A DNA stretch of 63,402 nt, the filler included, from Reticulomyxa filosa (Eukaryota > Protista > Foraminifera): NCBI GenBank assembly GCA_000512085.1. It is 25 parts of 25 records of this genome, joined end to end, with 100 filler letters (N's around TTAATTAATTAA, not from the genome) between each part and the next. Parts side by side here need not be neighbours in the genome. Positions count along the whole stretch, not along the records: positions 1 to 7,057 come from ASPP01021403.1; positions 7,158 to 8,430 come from ASPP01025272.1; positions 8,531 to 11,151 come from ASPP01018005.1; 22 more parts are not named here. The stretch is one strand, 5' to 3'. The first letter of the stretch is position 1. Each line of letters starts with the position of its first letter. Made by a program: the position numbers and the translations under genes. A model generated the notes under the pieces. That model did no database searches. It was not told where the DNA came from and saw nothing but the letters and a program-made list of their open reading frames with translations. Shown in pieces: positions 1 through 10,790 of the stretch.

Positions 1-621
1 GAAAAAGAAAAAGAAAAGGAGAGCTCTGCAAACAATGACGGTATAAAAAACGCAACGACCAATGGAGAATCAGAAAAAGAAAAGGAAAAAGAAAAAGAAA
101 AAGAGGATACAATAGCAGAAAAGACAACAAAGATCAATGCAATAGAGAACGAAGGCAATGACGATCGAGACGGAGCAATGAGTGTACTCGAGTTTACGAA
201 AGAATTGGAAAAGTATTTACATGCCGATTTGCAGAATGTGAATGTAATGGACTTTTTGAAGCGATGGCGCACAGTGGAGCTGATCGAAGAGGATGAAAAC
301 GATCCCGTTCACAATTTGGTTCGGTTGGTGCCCATGGGCGGATGTACGGTGCTACTCGGAAATTTGCCACATGAAACCAACGAATCCAAGATTCGCGAAT
401 TGTTGGAGTTGATTAACCCTGCATGGGGAAAGTTGCGAATTCGTGTTCACAAAGATGGTAAACTTGCACACGCTCACATTGATTTTGTTACTTTGCACGA
501 AGCAGAAACCGCTATGACGCAAATCAAACGAAATAAATTCTACACTCCAGAGATCCGTGTAGAAATTGAAAGTACAAGTGGTACGTACAATTGTATATAT
601 ACATATATGCATACATATACA

Positions 622-656
<35 letters not shown>

Positions 657-1907
657 AAATGTACATGAGTATGTACATGAGTATGTATGATGAAATGTTC
701 GTAGCTCAAAAACCTGCTCGACATACACACCTTACTGCACCCCGAACCGGGCGCGTGAAATCTTCGCCAATGTTTAGCGCGCCGAAACGAGAGAATACAC
801 GCCACTACGTGCAACATGAACACGGGACGCGTGGCGCGTATGGGTCGCTGAACCTACACGCTTTCCAAGATTTGAAAGAGAGACGACTTGGACAGACAGC
901 GAGCATGCTGTCTCCTACCAAAGAACGGCCCACTCCTTTGGTGAGCATCGTGACGCAAGCTCATGACAATGGCGGTGGACACAATGACAGCGTGGAGGAA
1001 ATACATGTAGCGAATGACCGAACGATCGAAATCAACTACAATGGCAAAAACGAAGAGGAAAATGGAAGTCGAATTCCGTCGTCCAATTCCACTCACATTC
1101 ATAGCAATGATGCCGAATTGGAACAAATTTCACAAAACATTTACCAAGTCGTTCGAGCCAATGGCGGTCGTCTTCTCATGTCTCAAATTGCCTCCAAATA
1201 TCTGGAAATGTTTGGCAAGCCTTTGAATTTCGACGGAAATCCAAAGTATTTTGTTCGCATGGAACGTTTATTGTTATTAAATTGTGAAAATGGGTAGGAG
1301 AATTTTCTTTATATTTTTTGTGTTTATATACACATGTGTAAAATGTATATGTGTATATGTATATGTACATATATAATTTTTTTTTTAAATATAAACTGAA
1401 ATTGTTTTTGAACAACAACAACAAAAAAAAAGGTCTGATGATGTAATGCTGTATCACACTCCAGAACCAGCATACAAACTGGTAGTTTCAATTTTGAAAC
1501 AAAACGCGACGAATGGAGGAACAGGAATGCCGGTGAGCCAGTTCCGAGAACAGTTGGAACAGCGAATGGGAATGACGTTAGATGGCTGTGATTTCAGTGA
1601 TTTTTTGATGCGTTGGCGCTTTTTGTCCATTCGTGAAAACCCCGATGGAACTAAATTCGTGTTATTCACACCACACAGTGGATCCACTGTTTTTTTTGGA
1701 AATTTAAATGTGTCATGCAAAGAAGAGGACATTTACTCCGATTTGGAAAAAGTCGATCCACTGTGGAGAAATGCATCAGTTCGCTTGAAATTGGGCAAAG
1801 GCTTTTCTTATGCATTTGTGTTAAGATTTCATTTGTGATTCAAACAATCAAAAATATTGTTATTAATTAACTAATAATAATAATAACAATAATAATAACA
1901 ATAATAA

Positions 1908-1938
<31 letters not shown>

Positions 1939-2740
1939 AACATAGAGACTTTCCAAGCCGTAGCGACGCAATGCGTGCAGTGGAGTATTTTGATGATAAA
2001 GCAGCATTTAAATCCAAAAACGTATCGGCGGACATTGAAACAGTTGAACCAAGAAAGAAATACTACAGCAATGCGGACGAAGCCTATTCAAACGGTCGTG
2101 TTCTCAACGATATCAGCGTGATAGATACTTCCTCCGCAGATAATAAATCTTTCCATTACCACGTCACTGACAGCTACAACTCCAGCAATGATAACACACA
2201 CATCGAGACGAATGGCAACCCAACCTCGCTCAGCAGTGATATTTTAGCTAAAATCAATACGAATCAAATCGACATGGACAACAACAGTGGCACAAATACG
2301 ATAATGCTACCAATTAAAAACAACGAAAGTATTATATTCAATATCAGAGGCAGCAATCTTGTGATCAACAACGACCACATGTGCAACCCTCCACGTCGAA
2401 AAGTCACAGTTTATTTGGGAAATTTAAGGGAGACAGTGACTAAACAGCAAATCCTCAATGCTTTGGCTGAAGTTCGTCCAGAGTGGCGACAGTTGACCAC
2501 ACGACTTAATCTGAGAAGTGGTTGGAGCCATGCTTTTGTTGGTAATATAAAAATTTTACAAATTAAAAAAAAAAAAAAATACTGCACATTTGTACCGTTT
2601 CAACAATGTTTATTTATTTGTTTCGTACAGACTTTGACAGCACCAGTGAAGCAAAAGAGTTAATCGAATGTTGGAATAACAAACCCCACAAACTGAGTGC
2701 CACACGATTGCGGTGTGAAGTTTCAAAACGACAAATGTAA
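1..2740 (+). CDS. Multi-exon RNA-binding protein, 5'-partial: three LOTUS/OST-HTH-like domains and three RRMs
   Basis: GT-AG introns 581-704, 1294-1432, 1820-1945 and 2542-2630 join the ORF pieces in frame to a TAA at 2738-2740. RNP2-like motifs TVLLGNL, TVFFGNL, TVYLGNL. RNP1-like motifs HAHIDF, YAFVDF, HAFVDF. LOTUS-like segments IYQVVRANGGRLLMSQIASKYLEMFGKPL and VVSILKQN..GMPVSQFREQLEQRMGMTL. Confidence 0.85.
590..690. repeat. Intronic (TATATG/TACATA)n microsatellite
   Basis: Read directly. It produces spurious YMYM and HIHI ORFs. Confidence 0.9.
1872..1940. repeat. Intronic (AAT)n microsatellite
   Basis: Read directly, inside intron 1820-1945. Confidence 0.9.
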
Positions 2741-3972
2741 ACAAATGAATTTTGGGTTGTGTCTGTTTATTTTTGTTTTTGTTTTGTTTTTTCATTTTTA
2801 ACAATTTTTTTTTGTTTCTCGTTTTGTTGTTTTGTTTTTATACATTAGCTTGTTTTTGTTTTGTTGTACACTTTTCTTATTTTTTCCCTCAAGCAATGGA
2901 GCAAAATCAAAACATTCCGAGTGCTGTTCATAGTGAGCGTTGTGTGTGAGTTTTCTATTTTATTTTTTTTATAAATTCTCTTTATGGTTCATCGTTGCCA
3001 TGTTTGGGAAATGGCAACCAAAGTTATATTGTTTTTTTGTTGTTTTGTCTTAATTCAACTTGCACTGCAAATTCCAATTATAACGTTGAAAGTTTCATCT
3101 TTTTAAGAGAAATGAATAGCTTAGAAAAATTCATTAACAATAAACTAAAGAACTTACACCATATTTTTTGAGTAAGGTTCCAGGAAATGTCAAAGTCTGT
3201 TTTCTTTCAAACTTCTAATCAAATTTGCTTTTTGATTTTTATCTTATATTTAATTTACTTTCACTTCATACAGAAATTTGCTCAAAAGAATTTCGTGCCA
3301 TACACATTTAATTTTTGTCAAAATTTACGTTGTTGTTTCTTATGGTATTACGCTTATTAGATTCAAAAACAAAGCGGATTCATCGCAATAGTAGAACATT
3401 TATTGAAATCGGGTTTGACACAAAATTTGTTTGCACTTTCACATAAACAAAGGCTGTAGATATAAATTGACACTTTCGTTATCCACTCGCAACTTTTGAA
3501 AACGGCCCATTTATACCACGTTGTTCAACAAAAACATCATTTTGTGGTAAACCGTGGTGCGGTTGTTGTTTTCAACAAATTCACAGTACGTCAAAAATAC
3601 GTGAATATCACTGTTTTCTGTCATTTTTGCTTTGTGCTCTATTTAAATCACACAATTGCTTTTGTGTACTAGCCCTGAAACTATGCAGAAAAAAAAAACA
3701 AAAACTTTTTTTCAAATTTCGAATGAAATTCTTTTGTTTGAGCAATTCAACAATTTTGACATTTCCAAAATGCTCCAAGTAATCATTGATTAATGTTTGT
3801 ACCACATCACGACGAAATCGAATCTCTGTGTTTGCTCTTGTCTCTTCTTTGGTTCCGGTCTTTTCTCTTGTTGAAAGCAGAATCAACTGTAAGCGTTCGC
3901 TAACTGCTTTTGGTTCGGCTTGGGTAATGATGCATTCATGAACAAATGCTACTGCTTTGGATACTATAAATG

Positions 3973-5562
3973 TTATTCGAGACAAGCATCAAAAGAACAC
4001 CCAGATAGCAGCATTGTACAGTATCCTACCGTTTTGATTCTCATTAAAAGCAAACACGCACATAATGAACTATGAGAGAGATAGTTGTATCGAGTACATA
4101 CCATCCAACCAAAAGTTTCGTTTTGGAAGTTGGGCGATAACTTTAGCGTATCTAGCATTGTTATTAGCATTGAGATTTGTATTGATGCTTAGATTGTTGA
4201 CATTATTGTTGGGATCGGTGACACCATTGCCATTGATATTTCCGACCATATTACCATTGTTATTTCCATTGCTGTCAGCGTTGTTAGTTATAGGTTCCAA
4301 ATTTTTGACAAGCCATCGTTTCAGCAAGCGTGGGAGGCACTTCCACCCCATAACGCACTCTACATCGTCCATGAAAAAACAAAACCCACGATAGGAATTT
4401 ACCAAAATATTCGACTGTATTTGCCTATCAAGTCCTTGTGTTAGCTCTAAGATTTTGGCGTTTCGCAATAACCGCCGATCCAATGCGTCTTGCATTTTGT
4501 TGCATTCATCTGTATGTATATCATATACATATATGTATATATATATATATTTTTTTTTGGAATCAAAATAATTAAATATTCCCCCTCCCCCCCCCTCTCT
4601 CTTCTAAAATGAAAGATCATTTGTCCAAACAAAACTTTCATTTCGCACGTTGGATATGATTTCAGGCTTGTTTCTGAAATTCTGGAACAGGTCCAGTGTC
4701 TCTTGCATTTCTTGCCGATTGTGTTGGGACAGCTCTTTGTCTTTGACAAAATAGGAGTCCAAAAAGTCATAAAACTCCAACACAATGGTATTGAAGTGCC
4801 TATCCATATCCAACTTCCGCAAGAACTCAATGTGATTATCGCAAGTGTGTCCCAGAAATCGAAACATCCTTCGCAACACATCGCTCAGCTCGCTCTTCAA
4901 TGTCTTTGAGTACTTCCAGTCTATCAGATCCTTTCGTCCAATTTTTGCATACGTCTGAAGTGTGTAATGTTATTTATGCATTCAAATGGTTTTGATTGCT
5001 TTGAGTTTCACAATATGTTGTGTGTATATTATATATATGTATGTATATATGTACATGTATATACGTATATATGCATATATGTGTGCTTTTCCCTTCCCTC
5101 CCCCCCCTCCTCAATTCAATCCGATTCGATACAATGGACACATTACATAACATCAAATTTTTCTTTCTCCACAATAATGCCTAAACGAATAAACTCTTTT
5201 TCCACGTATGGAAACAACAGATCCGCATATTCATATGCCTTTGGCGGGTTGTTGGTGTTGAGGTTTTTGCGAATAGGCTTTTTTTTGGACCCTTTTGGAG
5301 TACCGCCACTCCCGTCGTGCCATGTATACAACACACAACATTGTCGCTTCTTACATTCGTCGACAACGGCACTATACAGCATTCGGATCAGCTCATAAAA
5401 TTCAAAACTTTTGAATGCCAAATACTCATGTTGCTTATTTTGAGGTGGCTTGTCTCCTAGGTACTCTCTCAATGGATCACGAGGCTGAGCATTCGCATGA
5501 TCCTTCACAACTGCTGCTTTATTTTGCTGGACATTCCAAACTGATACGGTTCGAGCATGCAT
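3973..5562 (-). CDS. Divergent MOB1/phocein-family (MOB kinase activator) protein with an Asn-rich C-terminal extension; about 4 exons
   Basis: HEYLAFKSFEFYELIRMLYSAVVDEC, YTWHDG..KKPI, AYEYADLLF and VLRRMFRFLGHTCDNH..HFNT match MOB consensus segments (WLA..TVDFFNQINMLY, YxWxD, APxYIDYL, ILKRLFRVYAHIYxxH, HLNT). The last intron 4026-4101 leads to a stop at 3973. Confidence 0.75.
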
Positions 5563-5975
5563 AGAAAAATATTGAGGATATAATTATCTTAATGAAGGCC
5601 AGAAATGGAAATCACGGGGGGGAGGGTAACACTGCGCAAATTTTTTCTTTGGTTTGTTTCTCTTGTGTTTGATCACTTTGCAAAATATCATAAATTTTAA
5701 TTTCAATGAATTTATTTTTCTTTACCACTATGTCTTTGGAAAGAGACGATGTCTCTTTTTATCTTACACGTTTAAAATATAGAGCTGCGGCGGGTCTGGA
5801 GTCGAATCAAATAAGAATGACACGCTATCAAAACGCACAACGTCTCTAGTCATTTTACCAAATCATAAAATAATATAAGATAGTTAATGAAAGCAATTCA
5901 TTTGACGTTATGTTCAATTTTTTACAATATATCTGTGGAGTATTTTCTCAAAGTGTAGTGCCCATCTGAGAAACC

Positions 5976-6085
5976 TTTCAGTAAAAACGTGTGAATTAAA
6001 TCAAAAGAATAAATGACAATAGTAACACAACAAGAAAGGAGAAAACTAGAGAAAAAGGAAGTTGGTTGTTAGAGAAGTTTTGGGA
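5976..6085. repeat. Diverged dispersed repeat; related copies at about 17420-17525 (opposite strand) and 18055-18120
   Basis: Shared blocks TTTCAGTAAA, AATAAA(T)TGACAA(T/C)AGTAA, CAACAA and GAAG(G)TTTT aligned by eye. Confidence 0.5.
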
Positions 6086-6514
6086 AAAGGAATTCAAGGA
6101 CTTGAACCTTGACATTAGATAGTATTGCCTGCTCTACATGACTCCAAATTGGTGTCGATGACAATGCTGACAATGTTGAAATTCAAATCACTGAACAATT
6201 TCTTATAAAAATTAATCATTATCGATAGATTTATAGAATTACTAAGATCAATCATGGTTATATTGATTTCTTTTTTATAAGAGGTAACAAAGTCAATTGT
6301 GTTGCTTTGATTATTATATTAATTGTTTACAGTTAAAAAATTTTTGATGACTGTAAACAAAATAAAATTTTGTCTTTTGTTTTGAAAAAATTACAAATAG
6401 AACAACTTTTAGTTATTTGACATGTTATAATTCAAGTAATAAAATATATCAAATAATTATTCAAAAGGACAAACAAAAAAGCATTATCTTTATGTTGCTT
6501 TATAATCAAACTCG

Positions 6515-6800
6515 AATTGTACGATCAGCAGAACATGGTGCAATTCGATCTATATTTTTAGATATATATGCACAAATATGACTAGTAGTCTAACATATAT
6601 AATAGTCAATAAGACATCAATATGATTAGCCCAATATGCCAAATGATGTCTTAGTGGCTATGATATTGCAAACTTAGCCATATATAGAGACTACTAGTCA
6701 TATGGACATACATAAGCGCCATATCATATCACTTGAATTGATTTATGCCAAGGTACAATAGTATACTTTGTGACTTAGCAAATTAGTGTATGCTAAGTCA
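6515..6800. repeat. Imperfect foldback / inverted repeat (MITE-like)
   Basis: ATATGACTAGTAGTCT (6576-6591) is the exact reverse complement of 6688-6703. Inner arms are TAAGACATCA and TGATGTCTTA. An adjacent hairpin TGACTTAGCA...TGCTAAGTCA lies at 6771-6800. Confidence 0.7.
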
Positions 6801-7057
6801 TTATAACACTTTTTATATAAAATAATGTAAATACTTCAAATTTTGGAATGCATCATCAATCATATTAATTTTGCTTAATATTGAAAATCAATATTTTCAC
6901 AACAAAGCAATCATATAATAATTAAAACATAAACTACTTGCCAAGTGTTTGTATTTGTTAGAAGACAAAAAAAGATAATTTACCCGAACAGACTAGTATA
7001 CAAGTATAGTCTATTCTAACAAAAATATCTTTTCTAGTCTACCAGGCTCCTCCCCCC

Positions 7058-7157
7058 NNNNNNNNNNNNNNNNNNNNNNNNNNNNNNNNNNNNNNNNNNN
7101 NTTAATTAATTAANNNNNNNNNNNNNNNNNNNNNNNNNNNNNNNNNNNNNNNNNNNN
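7058..7157. other. Artificial contig linker N44-TTAATTAATTAA-N44 (first of 24)
   Basis: Identical 100-nt spacers start at 7058, 8431, 11152, 13477, 16378, 21133, 22998, 24658, 25820, 30116, 35280, 36965, 39942, 41042, 44968, 46585, 48093, 49841, 51110, 52593, 54504, 55853, 59863 and 62235. Confidence 0.98.
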
Positions 7158-7839
7158 GTATCGATTATGAATGTGTTGAATGAATTTTTTTTTTTTTTTT
7201 TCTTCTGAAGTTAATGTTACAAATTGTGAAACATGTAATTATTATATTTCAGAAGAAATCAATTCGCTATCTTCCTCTCATTAAGAGATAAATTGAAAAA
7301 AGAAAAAAATAAAATTAAAAAAAGTAGGCTTATAGCCGAAATTTTTAAATTTTATTTATTAATTTTTCTTTTGTTCAATTTTTGAGAAAGAGTAAAAGGT
7401 CGCCACTTGTAGCAATATAGATATTTTTCGTATTTTTAATATATCAGTTACAGTTTCCAGATAACAAAGATGAAAGCAAATGTTAACGAATTGTTTTGAA
7501 ATATTGTTAAATAAAGTGTGAAAAAAAAATGAAAAAATAAACAAAAAGCATTTTGATTTTCATTCTGTCTAACGAAAGTGTTGTAAATATAGAATAATGA
7601 ATAAGAAAAAATACATTTTACAGTTTGAAATTGTTAGAAAGACTTTATTGTACAAATCTGCGAGCTATCGTCATAATCAATTCAGCAAGTCAATAATATT
7701 TTTTTATTTATACAGAGCTAGCGTCGATTGGCTACAGTAGTTTTGACTTAATTTTCTGATAAAACATGAACAATGCAAAAACTTGTTACGAATTATTAAC
7801 ACATAAATTTTAGTAATGCTGGCGATCGATGTGTTTGGA

Positions 7840-8190
7840 TTTCTGTTGCAAGGACATGAAAATTGGGTAAATGATGCAAAACTTTCATTAGATGGAAATA
7901 TTATTGCCTCTTGTTCAAATGATAAAACAGTCCGCTTATGGGACACAACATCGGGGGCGTTGATTAAAAAATTGGTTGGACATTCTAATTTTGTAAAATT
8001 TTCACTAAACAATTATACCATTGTGTCAAGTTCATGGACAAAACAATTCGTCTGTGGGATATACAAGCTGAAAAGGAGCTAAAAATATTAGAAGGACACT
8101 AATCAGGACTTACACTAGTGTGTATTTCACCTAATGATAATGCAACTGTCTCCAGTTCTTTTGATAAAACAATTCGATTATGGGAATAAC
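7840..8190 (+). pseudogene. WD40-repeat pseudogene fragment
   Basis: LQGHENWVND..IASCSNDKTVRLWD, a frameshift near 8040 (WD|KTIRLWD), then an in-frame TAA after LEGH and a further SSSFDKTIRLW repeat. Confidence 0.85.
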
Positions 8191-8530
8191 GTAAAAGCAT
8201 TGCATTGATTCCTTCTGTTGGATGGATAATGCATGTTTTTCGTTTGTAAGATGGATATCTGAATTTAATTCTACTTCGTGTTCGTTTTTGGATCTAGTGC
8301 CAAATGTTTTTGTACGCTTCTCACCCGTAAATGAATAATTTGTTTCAAAAATATTGCAATGTGCACATATTAGATGTGTCTATTTTTTATCATTAATTTT
8401 GTTTCCAAAAAATTGTAATATGTAGTTTTTNNNNNNNNNNNNNNNNNNNNNNNNNNNNNNNNNNNNNNNNNNNNTTAATTAATTAANNNNNNNNNNNNNN
8501 NNNNNNNNNNNNNNNNNNNNNNNNNNNNNN

Positions 8531-9825
8531 ATGGAGAAAATCAATTATCATCATATGATATCGTTTTATGTGTTCAGTTTTCTTTGCAACCTACTGTATA
8601 ATAATCAGACCGAATTTGGAATATGCATGCGATTCTAGAATGGTGCAATGAATCACATAAGAAGAAATTGGAAAAAATTGAAAGAATAGCTATGTTCAGA
8701 ATATTGTGAGTAAAGTACTGCTTATGATACAGTCAACATTATTTCCGAAATTCACCTTTAGAATTGAGAATAAAGCAAGAATAAATAAAGTTATTTCAAC
8801 GATTTGAACTATACTCACAAAATTTCCAAATCACAATCTAGTCAAACATATTAATTATGGAAAAGTGGTCATGATTTCTAACTAGTAGAATATTTTACTA
8901 GTTAGGAAAATTTTCGACAATATCACGTGCTTGCATTAATATTTCATTGGCCGAATTGCATGGTATCCGCCAATTTTAGAATTTGGTAATGTACTTGCAA
9001 TCTAAATATTACAACATAATTGTTGTCTAATGATGCCAGTATTTAGCTTGATGTTGGTTCACTCCATTTTTGAAACGGTGATTTGGAATATGTAATATTA
9101 GACAAATTGTTTGTATGGATACTATTTGATGGTTTCAACTTAGGAATCATGTCATATTTGATTTGTAGTTCAAGACCAATCACTATCTGAATGCATTGAA
9201 TTGGAAATCCCATGAAAGGAATTACTACAAGTATTGGATCCGAAATTAAATCAATAGAAATTGCAGTAGAATACGTGAACAAATATTACAAGAATAAAGA
9301 ATAGCGAGTAATAATTTTGAAGACTGCAAATTTGCAGTAAATGCAATCATGAATAAATGGGATGCAAAAATGTATAAATCTCAAGTTAGTGACTGTCAAA
9401 GAATTATGTCACTGCTGGATGACGAAAATGTGACCGAAATTTATTGGATCAAATGACATTCAGGTATTTTAGTAAAGAAAAAGCAGACTAAGTTGCAAAG
9501 CTTGCACGAGAAAGTGGTCAAAAAACATAGTCTGAAATATTTCAAAGACATGATAAAAGTGCATCTTTCTTAAATGCACAGACATTGGATCAATATTTCA
9601 CATTATTGTGGAATATACATTAGATTAAGTATGACTATGTCTTTCATTCACTTCATTAATCTCATTGAAGGACAATAATTTGAAAAAACTGTTTTTCATA
9701 TTTTAGAGGTACATAAACGAAGGATCATATGCAGAATTATTACAGTTAAAGTATAATTAAATTATTACTTCCACAAGATCAGCCTTGCACATTCACCCGA
9801 GTGTAATTGGTGCAAAAACGAACCC
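8531..9825 (+). mobile_element. Decayed non-LTR retrotransposon 3' part (end of RT, RNase H, C-terminal Cys motif)
   Basis: GSEIKSIEIA..DCKFAVNAI..IYWIK*HSGI..EKAD*VAKLAR is an RNase H core. RRIICRIIT..LNYYFHKI..SPECNWC is the typical LINE C-terminal motif. Many stops and frameshifts. Confidence 0.8.
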
Positions 9826-10019
9826 GAAAGTCGGCAAAAAATCAGTGACATCAGAGTTCAGTGGAACGTGGACGACAATCAGCCAGAGCCTGCCCCACAA
9901 ATGTGAAGTGCCATTGGCATGCAAGAAAAAACTTGTGAAATCAAAAATCTTTTTGAAAAACCTGTCCAAAACTTTTTTTCTGTTGTGAAACCATTTTGTT
10001 TTGTCTTTTTCGTTTTTTG

Positions 10020-10158
10020 AGCGCCATGTCCTATCTAGAGCAAGGTACGATTAACTTGCTTTTGTTAAGCAGCGGGGAGGGCCAGTTTGTAATGGTAGCT
10101 GACTAACGCAGTGAGTTAGTAAGTTGCACATTACACACCACCCGTGCAAGCAATTTTG
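10020..10158 (+). ncRNA. Candidate structured RNA or GC-richer hairpin element (family unassigned)
   Basis: Long stem 10088-10135 (TGTAATG/CATTACA, GTAGCT/AGTTGC with G-U pairs, ACTAAC/GTTAGT). A second stem AGCAAG/CTTGCT at 10039-10060. Confidence 0.3.
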
Positions 10159-10694
10159 GAAAAAAAAAATTTAATGAATTGCACAATCTTCAAATATCTT
10201 ATATTCATTTATTTTCTTCATTTTGATAGGTAACATATTTTGTATATGCTTTTTTCTTTAATACAGTACTATTTTGTTTATATTTAATGCTTTCTAAATA
10301 TTATTAACTAAATCTTATTTTAATTTTATGTTCTTTGATTTCTTACTTATTGCGTAATAACTCGTATTAATTTTAAACTCAACAATTTATGATTTATATA
10401 TTTTATTGATTTTTCAAATTTTTTGAGAAAAAGTTGGCAATCGTGCCTGCATCATAACCATGAAATTGGCCAACTTTTTTTAAAGCAGTTTCACTATGAT
10501 ATTTTCACAATTTTTAAAAAATAACAAGATTTCCAAAAAAAAATGCACAAACTCAATCAAAAAACAACAAAATGGCAAACATTTGAAAAAATGTCAAAAA
10601 ACTTAAAAAGTAAGCAATTCTTTATTAAACGAAAATTCTGCAAAAAATTATTTAAAATTGTTGCAATAATTAGTAAATATTTAATAAAAAACTA

Positions 10695-10790
10695 AATTCA
10701 AAATCATATTTAAAAACTACACAGTATATATTTTTCTTTAAATAAAAAAAAATTAGGTCTGAATGTATTTTTTCATGAAGAAAATAAATC
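10695..10790. repeat. Dispersed AT-rich repeat; inverted copy at about 24495-24590
   Basis: AAAAATTAGGTCT(G/A)AATGT..TTTTTCATG(A/G)AGAAAAT and ATCATATTTAAAAACTACA match the reverse complement of 24500-24585. Confidence 0.7.

Noticed and set aside
352-823. ORFs rich in YMYM, HIHI or YTYT, also near 27600, 49680, 50250 and 51050
   Set aside because: These are translations of intronic TA-rich microsatellites.
10020-10158. Assignment as U1/U4 snRNA, SECIS or hammerhead ribozyme
   Set aside because: There is no ACTTACCTG 5' end, no evident U6-pairing region and no CTGATGA/GAAA core. It is kept only as an unassigned candidate.
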